A stretch of 64,000 nucleotides of DNA, from positions 51,274,001-51,338,000 of the forward strand of contig OZ024742.1 in NCBI GenBank assembly GCA_964016885.1, in the 5' to 3' direction. Below the pieces are notes generated by a model. The model was given only the letters and a program-made list of their open reading frames with translations, made no database searches and was not told where the DNA came from. Positions within the stretch are counted from its first letter, which is position 1, and every line of letters starts with the position of its first letter. Positions 1-11,892 of the stretch are shown here, piece after piece. The stretch is from Eledone cirrhosa. Lineage: Eukaryota. A program made the translations under genes and the position numbers.

Positions 1-1091
1 TCCTTGACGGTGATCAGGTGTGGTTGCCGTTTGCTAGATGCGTCTTTCTCCAGCTCGTCTTCTTGACGGAACTGCAGTCCTGGGTCAAGCGAAGACCGAG
101 AGGGAGCGCTTGGAGACTGGAATGTCTTCGGGCGCTCCCAGCCCTCGACCAATCGGGCAATGTGATAGGTGGAAACTCCACCTTGGCGTTCTATAGAGGA
201 TTAGTGGAGGGGAAGAGCGACGACGTACTTGGGGAAACTCTAGGCGTCGACGAAAATCAACTAGCCAATCTCTTCGGAAGAACTTTCGGACCGGGGCCTA
301 TGGACAACCTCCAGAAATACCTGGCCTGGCAGTGCTACAGAAGAGCTTTGCCAGTTCGGGATAAACTCTACAGACATGGAGGTGCCGTCAGCCGGGCATG
401 TCCGAGATGCGCGCAGGGCGACGAAATTGTCCTGCACACACTCGTCTAGTGTCCGAGCATTGCTGACTTGTGGGTTTATGTGGAACACCTGCTGTCGCAT
501 GTAGGACGGATCCAGCCATCAGCTGAGTCCATCGTGAGGATTGCCCCGCCCTCTTGATTTAGCCGGGAAGGGCAGGCAGTTTTTATCTGTCTGGTGGCCA
601 TGGCGAAAGACATAGTATGGTGGACACGTTTGAAAGGGCTGAAGACGAGTATTTACCACTTCGGTGATGCCCTGATTAACTTTTTCAAATTTCATTTGAA
701 AAGGAAAATCAGGGTAGAGAGGGAAGTGCTCTCTTCCCAGCTTTTTGTTGAAAGATGGATGAGAGAGCCAAGAATGGCCCGAGTGAATGGACCTACTCTG
801 AGTATGTATCTGTAAATTAAAGGTGGAAAACGGGGAGAGGGCACTTGCCCTGGTGGTCAGGGTCAAGTGGCTTTTGAATGTGCTTTCTCCACGAATGTCC
901 CTCGGAAGCCCCCCCCCCCCCCTATTGGGAATTTTTTCATTGTTTTATTATTACATCCTCTGTTTTTTGTTTTTTTTACACGCAGAAAGGCCCTTTTTTA
1001 CCATCCTGTATTGTCCTGTAATGTCCTTAATGTCTACTTTGTGTAAACCCTTGTCGTTCATAAACAAAGCATTATTATTATTATTATTATT
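1..1091 (+). mobile_element. 3' part of an L1/Tx1-clade LINE (ORF2 C-terminus with CCHC-type motif, 3' UTR, (TTA)n tail); truncated by the window edge
   Basis: Translation includes LAWQCYRRALPV..CPRCAQGDEIVLHTLV*C. The sequence is closely similar to 58853-59965. It ends in a poly(TTA) tract at about 1071-1091. Confidence 0.9.
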
Positions 1092-1240
1092 GGTTAAGCG
1101 GACGTACTTTTCTCGCTCCTAGTAAGTCGCTTTATTTGCCTGTTAAAATTATCTGTTGTTAAAAAATTATTTGTTTGGCCTTTAGGCCCAAATATTTGAA
1201 TTTTTATTTCATGTTAAAACATTTTTACGGAGAAAAAAAC

Positions 1241-3210
1241 ATGGCTGAGCCCCAAAGCGATATGTCTTCTGTCGTGCGACAACGACGTGGAAGTTGAGAG
1301 GAGCGCTACAGCGAAATTAACATAAATTGATAACACAAACACCACCACAAAGAATGTAAACAAAGACACCAATGATTCCAATGAGAACTCTAATTTTGAA
1401 AAAAATGACAGTAACAGCGACAACGAAAATACAGATAACAAAAAAAAATAACAAATACAACAACAATATCAACACCACTAACATGAAAACAAATAGCGAC
1501 AACACCAACAGCAACAATACCAACTGCACCGAGAACAACGGTGGCAACAAAGGCAACAATGATAACAGCGACAGTGCTAACAACACCAACAAGAACGACG
1601 ACGACCACAACACCCCCAACGAAAACAAGAACACTTTCGCTGATGCAGCAGCAAAAAAGAGGCCATGCTTCAACATGGACCTCTCAAACAAAGATGAAAA
1701 GTTGGCCCAGGCATGGAAGCTTATCAAGCAAGATCCAACCTGGGCAACTTAACTGTCCCGGTAGAAGCTATTGCGGCAGTGGAGCGCAGAACGGTGCATT
1801 ATAGATGCATCTCAGCACAAACCAAAAGGGCAGTTTTTATCCCACAAGAATCTGTCGAAGTCGCGCTGAGGTGCATCAGAGAAGACACCGAATACATAGA
1901 GACGCGCAGACAGTACGGCACCATTTCGGTGTTGTTCAAGTCAGAAGCCCTCGCTATGAAACACGCTATGACTCCTTGCAAAACCAGCAAGGTCATAATG
2001 TACCCCTCCCACATGGGAAAAAGAACGGCCCGTCTCCGCATTCCCTGAATCCCACCAGGACTTGACATATGGTGGCTTCTGGGATGTGTGATTGTGGAGG
2101 GGACGGATACCGTCCCTATAGAAGTGACCAGAACGGCCAGAGAAGACTGGTCCGGGGTTGACCTGGAGATCCTTCTCCAGATCAGGCTCGAGAATGTGAA
2201 GACAATCCCGGACCACATCCGCCTTCAGAATGGGACGGTCATTCACATTATGAACCGAAGGCAAAAGGCCGCAGTGTTTTGTTTGTGGGAAAAAAACCCA
2301 TTTGCGAGCCTTCTGCCCTCGACTGCTGAAAGAGGCAAGGGGTCGAAAGGCTCCACGGCAGCCGACGCCGGGGCGAGGACTTCAACCAACACCCGCACCG
2401 GCAAAACCACCAACAACAAAACCAATAGAAAGACCACCACCAACATTGACCACCCAAGGGGGAAACGACGAAAGCTGTCACATTCCCCCTCCCCCCCCAA
2501 AAAAAATACACACACCAATAAAACCATAAACATATATACAGACACACTTACAGACACAGACCCCTCATCTACCAGTAGTGAAGATGAGGGAAAACCAAGA
2601 TCCCCCAAAATACAAAAAAGGAAACACAAAAAGAAAAAAGAAAACTCAACAAAGCACAAAATCACCCCCAATAAAAAACGCAGACACCACTCACGCAAAC
2701 ATCTCTCCAATAACACCAACATCAACACCACCATCACCATCACCAGAATCCCCCAAACGCAAACAACCTAAACAGACTCAAGAACAAATATGCACACAAA
2801 CATCTGAAACCACAGACACGCACTCACAACAAACACAGATACAACCGAAATAAGACCACCAAAACCAGCACCACCACAGCCACGCAAACAAATAAAATCA
2901 CACCAAAAAAACACAAAACTTCGTGCTCGTCAGGAGGGCCAACAACGAACTGATGGCCCTCGTAGCATGAAGTGAAAATATACAAACAGCGGGGGGAATT
3001 TTTAAATCGAGCACATTTCGCGTGCCGGAAGATTTGGTTCTGGTGCGAATGTCGCTCGATATATTCAAAGAAATACGAGACAGCTTTCCTAGGGACGTGG
3101 GAAACCTGAACGTAAAACCCACTTCAAGACTTTTAAAGGGGTACCCAGAAGAAACCCCACCAACTATGAAGGTCGAATAACCCGACCTTCACAAGAGCCC
3201 GGAAGGTAAG
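1241..3210 (+). pseudogene. Tx1-type ORF1 (gag-like, zinc knuckle), frameshifted
   Basis: An alternative frame near 2260-2320 reads GKRPQCFVCGKKTHLRAFCP (CX2CX4HX4C). It is homologous to ORF 54672-55907 (QYGTISVLF vs KYGTVDVFF; EDWSGVDLEILLQ vs ENWSGSGMELLIQ). Confidence 0.75.
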
Positions 3211-3244
3211 TAAACCTTCCTCTCTCTCTTTTTAACCTGCAAAC

Positions 3245-6200
3245 ATGGCCATATTACGAGTAGGATGTTTAAATGTTCGATACCTGGGATCGTCCTGGAA
3301 GCAGGGTCACCTGTTCAACGACCTCAGGTCTATTGAAATGGATGTAATTGCCGTCAGCGAGACCAGGATTTCCGACACGCGCGCACTAGCCCCCATTTTC
3401 GACGATTATCAGATCTTTGCATCTGTTAGCCGGCCGGGAATGGGAGGCGCGGTGGCACTGCTGTTTAGGAAAGGCCTGGATCTCGAGGTAAGTTTGATCT
3501 TCCGGGACCTGGACGGGAAGTCGGTGGTCCTGAACGCAAACAATAACGAAGGTGGTGCCTTTAGACTGGTGGCCGTCTATGCTCCTACTGGGGCATGACG
3601 GCCGGACTTCTTTAGACGCCTGGAAGCCTTTCTGGGTACGTCTCGCCCTTTACTGTTAGCTGGGGCCTGGAACGGCATCTTAGACGCACGCTGGGACTCT
3701 GTGGGAGTATCCGATAGGAGCGGGACGTACAAAAGCATCAAGAACCTGATCAGCCAGTTCCAACTGTCTGACAGGTACCGACTAGATTTCCCTAATGCGC
3801 CAGTGTGGACATGGGCTAACCGCATAGGGTCATCTAGATCGTATATAGACAGGATATTCATTAGGAAAATAGACAGAAATAGTGTAAGCTGTCCACGTTT
3901 TGAAACGGTCGCCTATTCAGATCACAAGTTTGTGATCTGTATGGTCGACCTAGTTAAGACGCGTAGGTTAGGACCTGGTTGCTGGAAGCTAAACATGTCA
4001 TTTCCGACACGTAAGGCTTACAGGGACCAGGTCAACAATTTAGTTAAGAAAAAGTTGACAGGGGTGTCGTCAACAATAGATGGTGGGGGGCTCTCAAAAG
4101 AGAGATTAGAGTAATGTCGATAGAGTTTAGCAAAGAAGTAGCATTAGAGAAAAATAGAAAGGAGGGGAGGGGTAGATAAGAGAGACGAGGCTATTGGTAG
4201 AGGCATTGCAACTGACGTGCTAGCGGCAAGAATGGCATAAGACCAATTATTCAATGCGAAACACGAAGGTTGCATTGTCAGAGCTAAGGGACGTGCTCTA
4301 AGAAACGAGGGAACCAAAGCTGTTCGATGGGCCCGCGTGGCAGAGGCGCAGCGTGGTAATAAAACCACGATTCGGTCTTTGACGGACCAAAACGGGAGTA
4401 TTCCCAGTTCTGTGAGCCGGGGCGTAGTGACGCTGATAAGGAAAGTCGAGAACAAGAGGGACACATTAGACAATTTCAGGCCCATAACTCTCCTCAACAC
4501 AGAGTTTAAGATTTTGGCCAGGTTGTTAGCGAAGAGGTTGGGGCTTGTCGTCGGGGATTTGGTTGGGGAGGCGCAAACTTGCGCAATCCCAACCAGGTCC
4601 ATACACGACAACCTCCACCTAATGCTATACATCATAGAGAGGGCAGGGTGGAAACCTGGCTTCAATGGGGCTCTGATCAATTTAGATCAATCGAAAGCAT
4701 TCGATAGGGTCGACCATCGGTATGTGGAGGCTGTCCTCAAGGCGGCTGACTTCGGCCCCGTCTACAGAAGCTGCATCGCTGCAATGCACAGCGGCACCTG
4801 CTCGATGGTCAAAATTAATGGCCACCTCTCGGAACCGTTTCAGGTCTCCCGATCAGTCCGTCAAGTGTGCCCTCTCTCCTCCTTTCTGTACGTATTGACA
4901 CTCGAGCCTTTACTGCGGAAGCTGGAGTTGTTGCAGGGCATCCCGCTCGAAACGGGACGCGGCTTATGCGGACGACATCACCGTGATGGTGTCGGAAACC
5001 TCAGAAATCGAGGTGGTCGGCAACTTATTGGAGGAATATGAAAGGTTGACGGGAGCAAAACTTGACCCGAAAAGTCGGTGGGCTTGCAACTCGGCACCTG
5101 GAGAGGCAAGTCCATGCCGTCCAACAGCGTCGTTAGGCGCTGGACGGACGGACCGGTAAAGTTGCTAGGGGTTTGGTTCGGGCCAGACCTCCAGGTGGAT
5201 AAGAATTGGGACGCGGTGAGGTGCAGGGTAGCCAGTTTCACCCAGAAATGGGCTGGGATGAAGCTATCACTGAAAGGTCGGGCGGAGGTGGCGAACGCGT
5301 GCATCGCGTCCGTCATCTACTACCGTCTGACCGTCGTCCCTTGCCCCCGTTCGCGCCTCGCCATCTTGGAGCGGCTCCTCTTCAAATTCTTGTGGCGGGG
5401 TCAGGTTCCGCTGGTGAGGCGGTCCATCTGCTGCCAGCACCCTCTACGTTGAGGGCTGGGAATGCCGTGGCTAATGATGCGCAGGCACTCGCTGAGGCTG
5501 CGGTATCTCCAGATATTCTGCCTAAACGGTGAACAGGTGTGGTCGCCGTTTGTCAGACGGGCCTTTCCGCAGCTCGTTTCTTTGACTGAGCTGCAGTCCT
5601 GGGTCAAGAAGAGACCGAGACTAGGTGACTGGCATCTCGAATATTGCCAGGCACTCACTGCCCTCTACCAGGCGGGAAATGCAGTCAGTTGAACTTCCAC
5701 TCTCGAGTTCTATAGAGGATTAGTGGTGGGCAAGTGCGACGACGCACTCGGAGAGGCTCTGGGAGTCAACGAAGTCAAACTAACAAGTCTGTACCGGAGG
5801 ACTTTCGAGCCGAAACGATGGATAATTTCAAAAAAATCCCTCGCTTGGCAGTGCTACCGGGGGGCACTGCAAGTTCGAGATGAACTCTATAGGCACGGAA
5901 GTGCTGACAGACGGACCTGCCCGAGATGCGCGCAAAGCGACGAAACCGTTCTGCACGCACTCGTCCAGTGTCCGTGCATTACTGACTTGAGGAGTTATGT
6001 TGAACAGCTGTTGTCGCGTATAGAACGGATCCGGCTATCGGCCGAGTCCATAGTGGAGATCGACCCGCCGCCATCTTTTCGCCAGGAAGGGCAGGCAATT
6101 TTCCTCTGCCTGGTGGCAGTAGCGAAAGAGGTTGTATGGTGGACGAGGTTGAAAGGACTGAAGACAGTCACTTTTCTCTTCGTTCCAATCCCTCATCAAC

Positions 6201-6336
6201 TTTTTCAAGTTTAACTTGGAAAGGAAGGTGAGGGTGGAGAGAGAAGTGCTGCCCCCCAGCACATTTGCTGAAAGGTGCGTGAATGTGGTGAGAATGGCTC
6301 GTGTGAGTGGGCCTACTCTGGTCATTGCGGCTGTAG
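3245..6336 (+). pseudogene. LINE ORF2 (AP endonuclease plus reverse transcriptase), multiple stops/frameshifts and an internal deletion
   Basis: ORF-track pieces 3245-3598, 3701-4114, 4337-5041, 5078-5452, 5462-5692 and 5723-6214 are collinear with the ORF2 pieces at 56266-59594. Confidence 0.9.
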
Positions 6337-6647
6337 GTAGGTAAATTTGAGGAGGAGAGGGGTGCCCTTCCAGGATGCTCTCGAAGCGTCGGGTCGTTCA
6401 GGACTGGTGGGGTAGCTGAGCGAGGCCTAGGTGGTCATCCCCCCTATTGGGGAATCTTTCCTTGTTGTAATTGTATTGTTACTTTATTGTTACTTTGTTA
6501 TTGTTACTTTGTTATTGTTATTCATATTGTTTACTCGATTTTTCTGTAAAACCCCACTGTCCCAGTCTATTGTATTGTCCCCTATATGTCGGCCCGTGTA
6601 GCCAATAAATGGAATCATTATTATCATTATTATTATTATTATTATTA

Positions 6648-6758
6648 TGGTGGATTCGCAGTATCGGTAGAGGGTCGGACACCATGCTGTGAAGCATAGC
6701 GTTAGCTCCCTTTATTATCTGAGTTCAAAACCCGCCGAGGTTAACTTTCCCTTTCATC
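6648..6758 (+). mobile_element. tRNA-derived SINE (family A), 5' portion
   Basis: GGTGGATTCGCAGTATCGGTAGAGGGTCGGAC...GAGTTCAAAACCC (A/B-box-like) matches the copy at 46956-47140. Confidence 0.8.
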
Positions 6759-7336
6759 ATATCATGTCTCTAGCCTTTATAGTGAGTCTGGGCTAGGTGT
6801 TTACACTCGGTTACAATGTGAGCCACAGTCTCCTCTCTCTCTCCACAGATCCTACACAGTGAGTTAGCCTGTCAATGTGGTGTTTAACCCACTTTCAATT
6901 TGAGGGCTTGCTCTTGCGCAGCCATTAGCATTCCTTCTGTAACTTTTGGAAGGTCTCCTCTTTTTAACCAGTTCCATGTCTGTGGATCTCTTAAAGAAGG
7001 TGCTATGATAAGATGTTTCCTAAAGGTTGCTCTTCCTCCACGTTGTTATGTCCTCCTTTGACATACCCTGGTCTATTGTTCTCTCCTTCAGTACAATTTT
7101 GAGCATTGGCGCTCTACTGTCTGCCAATATTGGTGCAGGCTGTTTTTCTCCATCTAAACACAGTCATCTGTGATGATAATACCTCTTCTACCTTCAGATC
7201 TCCTTAAGTACAGTCTATCAACATCACTCCTCTTGTGGAACATTTTGCAGATAGTCATTAGATTCCTAGTCTTCCCATCCATTTCTTTTTGTTCAGCAAC
7301 ATTCCATATCAGAATTCCCGCATAGTACCTAATAAT

Positions 7337-7553
7337 AGTTTCTTATATAGGCACTAGGCAAGCAATTGGGGGGGGGGGGGAATTAGATGAAATTGACCCC
7401 ACTGCGTGACTGGTACTTTATTTTATCGACCTCGTAAGGGTGAAAGGCAAAGTTAACCTCGGCGGGATTTGAACTCAGATCAAAAAGGGCCGTAATTTTT
7501 TGCGGCAATGCATGGCGTCAGACCCTCTACGGATACTGCCAATCCACCGTCCT
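7337..7553 (-). mobile_element. SINE family A, full length, inside the R4/Dong fragment
   Basis: Reverse complement of the family A sequence. Flanked by the direct repeat GTACCTAATAAT (7325-7336 and 7557-7568). Confidence 0.8.
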
Positions 7554-7568
7554 ACTGTACCTAATAAT

Positions 7569-7605
7569 TGTTTCTACTTTAGGCACAAGGCCATCAATTA
7601 CCCAG
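7569..7605 (-). mobile_element. SINE family A, 3' terminal fragment
   Basis: TGTTTCTACTTTAGGCACAAGGCCATCAATTACCCAG is the reverse complement of the SINE 3' end. Confidence 0.7.
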
Positions 7606-8023
7606 GGAATTTACTGCACTTATGATATTCCTACTATTTAGATGTGATTTTAGTATGTTCCTTACTTTCCTTATGTATTCAGATCTTATCAATTCCTTCA
7701 TTTTTTTTGTTCTTGATGTCATCTGCCTCCAGAACACCTAAATATTTGTAAACTTCTTCAGTTTCAATTTCTTTTATCATCTCACCTGTTGGTACCTGGA
7801 TTCCGTTGCTTCTGCTCAATTTACCCCTCTTCATCATTAGGACTCCACACTTATTAACACCAAATTCCATACATATATAATTGCTGAAAATACGGACAGT
7901 GTCAACAAGTACATCCAACTCCTTCTCACTCTTCCCAAAGAGTTTAAGATCGTCCATGAAGAGGAGGTGGTTGACGGTAAGCCCTCCTCTTCCCAACTTG
8001 TATCCTGCTCTACCTTATTATTA

Positions 8024-8132
8024 TTTTGCCTTTCATCCTTACGGGGTCGATACAATAAAGTACCAGTAATGCACTGGTTAATTGCTGGCCTTGTGCCAAA
8101 AGTAGAAAAAATTATTATTATCATTATTATTA
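8024..8132 (+). mobile_element. SINE family A, 3' half with (ATT)n tail
   Basis: TTTGCCTTTCATCCTTACGGGGTCGATA...GGCCTTGTGCCAAAAGTAGAAA followed by ATT repeats. Confidence 0.85.
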
Positions 8133-8459
8133 TTGTTGTTGTTGTTTTGTTGTTACTTTTCTTTAATCCATACGTTCATTTATTATAGTGTTATCTCTTG
8201 TGTATTACTTATATCGATATTCATGTATAAAACAGTTATCACCGTATAACTTCATCACATTATATTTTTACATCACGATTTATTTCTATATCATGTTATA
8301 ATATTATACCACGCTTTATGTATTCTATTTACGTAAAGAAAATGCAGATGATTACATATAGCATTGTCTAAATATATAATGCAATCAGAAAGTGAAAATC
8401 AAAAATATATTTAATCCCGTTTAGCACAATAGGATTGACGAGTTAATATCTCTATACAA

Positions 8460-11160
8460 CAACTACAACGGTACGCGATGGGGCCCACCCACAGCCCCGG
8501 CGGACAGAATGGAGAAGGCGTTTCCCCGGAGGACGGCAAGAGGCTTCACCAGGTTGCGGCTGCAGAAAGTGTCGGTGCAAGTGGCATCCCAGACGAGGGG
8601 TTTGCCACCGCGGACGGGAATATGGTCATGCCATCTGGCCTTTTGCCGTTCACTCGATCCAGCCCCACCGGCTCTAGCTGGGAGGGAAACCTGCAGCTTC
8701 CAAGCCATGCTTAATGACCTCGTTGAGGGCAGCATGGCCTGGAATGCGGCCGGTACTGTGGCGACAGGAAAGCGTGTGGAGGCCGAAAGAGTTCGCGTTG
8801 GACCCGCAGTGACATTGGTGTGGCTGGCAGATCCGGAGGCCGAACCTCAGGGAAATGCCGATGCGCAGGCTATGGTTGTCTAGCTGCGTACCAATCGAGA
8901 AGCAGGGCAGGGCATGGAGCCAGGTACCACTGTCGCGTTTGGAGGCCGCGCTAAAACAAGCAAGGCGGTGCTGGTCGAGTTGGTGCGTGAGCCAGTCTGA
9001 AGCCAGGCTGCACTACTGGCATCCCAGCTGCGTTGGGGGGACTTGATGTCAACAGGGGGAGAAGGAGGAGGGACGTCTACTGGGCTAAGTCCCAGCCGTC
9101 CCAACTCTCACAGGCGGCCTCACGTTCTCTGACACAATGGATTATGTTGTGTTTTGAAGAAGCCTGCAGACGAAGACGCGCCACGCCGTTACCGACGAAA
9201 GTTACGCCGGCAAAGCCAGTGAGATCGGGGACCGGAGGCCAAGGCCGCCATACCTGACGTTGCATATTTCCTCGGAGGTCAGCGAGGAGAGATGTCCGGT
9301 GTACACGGAGCGCTATATGGAGGAGCTTCGGCATGGCGAAGCAGTTCCTCAGTAGAAGAAGAGCTGGGTGGCCGTCAATCAATCCCAGTCGGCTCGTGAG
9401 ATTCTGGAGCTGTTCAAGCCTGGACCTGTTGGTGGAGCGGATGGCCGGCGGGTGGATCGGTGTCCCGAGGATGAGGACATCCCCTTTGGGGGTCACCTGA
9501 ACCTGGCGGAGAATGGACCGCACGTCCAAGACGGAGGCTGCAAAGCTCGCAGCATGGAGGCTGACATTCACCACCTCCGACTTGGTTGAGTTGACCTGGA
9601 GGCCGATTCGCACCAGGGCAGGAACCACCGATTGAAGGTTATGGCAGACCGTCCGTACGGGCCCGCCCAACGTTACATCATCCAGATACCAAACGTTGAG
9701 AGGGGCCGTGATACTCCGGGCGATGTGGTCAATACCAAGGACAAACAGGAGGGGTCCCAAAGGGTATGACCGTATCAGCAGCAAGGTGCATGCTCGGGGC
9801 TCCATATGACGGGCCCCGAGCAGATGATCCAGGCGTCAAGAGTTGAAGGCATTCCTTATGTCAAGCCTGACAATGAGGTGCCTGGAGACCCTGGGTGCCG
9901 GTTCCCATGGGCAGCTGTTGAAGAACTGCCTGGTTGCGTGAGCGGCCCCCTCACAGTCACCGGACACGCCAACATCCAGTTGCACCGGACTAAACTCCTC
10001 ACCCAGTTCGTGTGTTACGGACTTGCAGATCACCTAGGCAGCCAGCCTCCGGAAGACATTGCCCACAGCAATGGGGCGTATGCCACCCTCCGTCTTCCTG
10101 GGAGCGGGTGGCTGGCCTAAAAAAAGAGGACTGGGTCGTAAGGCCCAGGGCACCATGGATAAGCCTATTGGTGAGCGCCACAATTGCACTCAGAAGGCGG
10201 TGCCCAGGATCAGCGGAGAGGGGGAATGTCAACTCCTTGATGTGGCCTGGTCGGAGACCATCAACACGTCCACAGCTGCTAGCTGGGAAGGACCAGATGG
10301 CGGACATAATGTCTGTATCAGAAGCCACAAGGAGCAGGTAGGGATCGGGTGGGGGTATGGGTCTGAGATCAATGGGTGGCGCAGGGTGTTTGAGTCGTAG
10401 AGCAGCCAGGACCTCCTCGTTGGGCTGGAGGACAGTATCTTCTGAGGCAACAACTCTGACTGTGGCCGAGACATCACCCATGATAAGCTTGGCGTTTACC
10501 TGGTCACACAAACGCCTGGCGCTGGCCTCGGAGGTGGAGGATAGGGGGTACCTGAGGGTGGGGTGTGTGGCGTCCCTGGGCACGCTTGGAATGGGCGCTC
10601 CCCCAAAGGACGAGACACTGGCCTTACTGAAGTCTGCTTTTGACCCGGTCAGCGCCAGAGCTGGGGAGGCCGAGGGCGAGTGGAGCGAAATAGAACAGCC
10701 GCTCCCAGTCACAAGCTCGATTGGAGTGCAGGATGCTCTGAAACGAGGAAGAGAGGGCATCGGCTACCGGCACCCGTGACGTTCTCGTGATCCTGAGTGC
10801 GATCTTCCGGAGCCGCCTGAACCAAGCAATGTTGACCAGCGAGGCTCAGGCGTCAGGCAAGCTCGCAGACGGCCTTTACTGGGAATAGGGGGGGAAGATG
10901 CAGCTCCTGCACCTCCACGCTGCGAGGGCATTGGAAGCTCGACGAGTCAAGCGAACGCAGGTGAGGTGGTAGAAGCAGCCGCACCCCAAACAGTTCCGGC
11001 CCCTCTTCCGTTTGTTAGTGGTGCTGCAAGTAATGCAGGTGGTGGCTTGGAGGGATGAAGGATGAGGCCTGGGGCACCGAGCGGCATCAGGTGTGCGTGG
11101 CTCGCGTGTGTGGGTGGAAGGGAAAGTGCTGGTAAGAGGGCCTCATAGATCACCTATATT
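8460..11160 (-). mobile_element. CRE-clade-like non-LTR retrotransposon (RT plus restriction-like endonuclease), decayed with deletions
   Basis: GC-rich island. Minus-strand translations: GRVDGLRPGHIK, VRLDIRNAFNS, PLGPLLFVLGI..VWYLDDVTLGG..IGLQVNSTKSE, GKPLVWDATCTDT and terminal LRGNAFSIL. The 5' boundary is uncertain and could extend to about 11490. Confidence 0.78.
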
Positions 11161-11492
11161 TATAGAGGTGTCAGAAAACAAGAGAGAAAAGAAGGGGCTG
11201 CTTGCATGGGGAGACACAGGAAGGTAGAATGAGTATATGAATGAGTTAATGGATGAATGTACTAAAAAAAAAATGGGGGGGGCAGGGGGTTGTTCCCAGC
11301 GGAAAGACCCTGAGTTCAGCACTCACACATGCGAACAACCTAGTGGCTGGAGGTGAGTCACTGATGCTGGGGTTGATTTCCTCTTGTTAATGGTAGAGAT
11401 GTTGTTGTTAATGTCACCGTTGTCGCCGTTGCCTTCCTCTTGTTAATGGTGAAGTTATAGAGCGAAATACAAATTCCACCAGCCACGCTTTA

Positions 11493-11824
11493 TCTATATA
11501 TCTAAATCTAAAACAGAGAATGTCTGTATGTCTGTCTGACTCCCTAAAACTCGAGAACCACCAATCCGATTGTTTTCAAACTTTACACATGTAATACATA
11601 TGGTCGTGTGTGTGTATTGGGCAAAAAGAATGTCAAAATGTCAATGCCCAAGGGATTGCATTAGGCGATTAAGCGATCTCTCTCTATAATTCTTATTCTT
11701 TCTTTTTAGATAAATACATAGATATAACATTGCTCCATTACAATATCTGTCTGTATGTCTAGATGTCTGCATTACGACATTATGACGCTATATGTGTGTG
11801 TGTATATATATATGTATATATATA

Positions 11825-11892
<68 letters not shown>

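Larger units (their letters stand above)
1092..6647 (+). mobile_element. Near full-length decayed L1/Tx1-clade LINE (ORF1 plus APE-RT ORF2) with (TTA)n tail
   Basis: ORF1 fragments lie at 1241-3210. ORF2 fragments from the ATG at 3245 show APE (GCLNVR, VIAVSETR, SDHKFV), RT (FRPITLLNTEFKILA, LDQSKAFDRVDH, SVRQ.CPLS) and a C-terminal CPRC..ETVLHAL..C motif. AATAAA is followed by (TTA)n at 6617-6647. Confidence 0.92.
6759..8015 (-). mobile_element. R4/Dong-like non-LTR retrotransposon fragment (RT C-terminal half to zinc finger), interrupted by SINEs
   Basis: Minus-strand translations: HLLFMDDLKLF..MEFGVNKC..YKYLGVLEAD, LNSRNIISAVNS..IIRYYAGI, MFHKRSDVDRLYLRRSEGRRG, WLKKGDLPKVTEGMLMAAQEQAL and C..CGEREETVAHIVTEC. 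These are characteristic of R4-clade elements with a restriction-like endonuclease. Confidence 0.8.

Noticed and set aside
1214-2853. Antisense or alternative-frame hydrophobic ORFs over Tx1 ORF1
   Set aside because: They are by-products of A/C-rich low-complexity ORF1 sequence.
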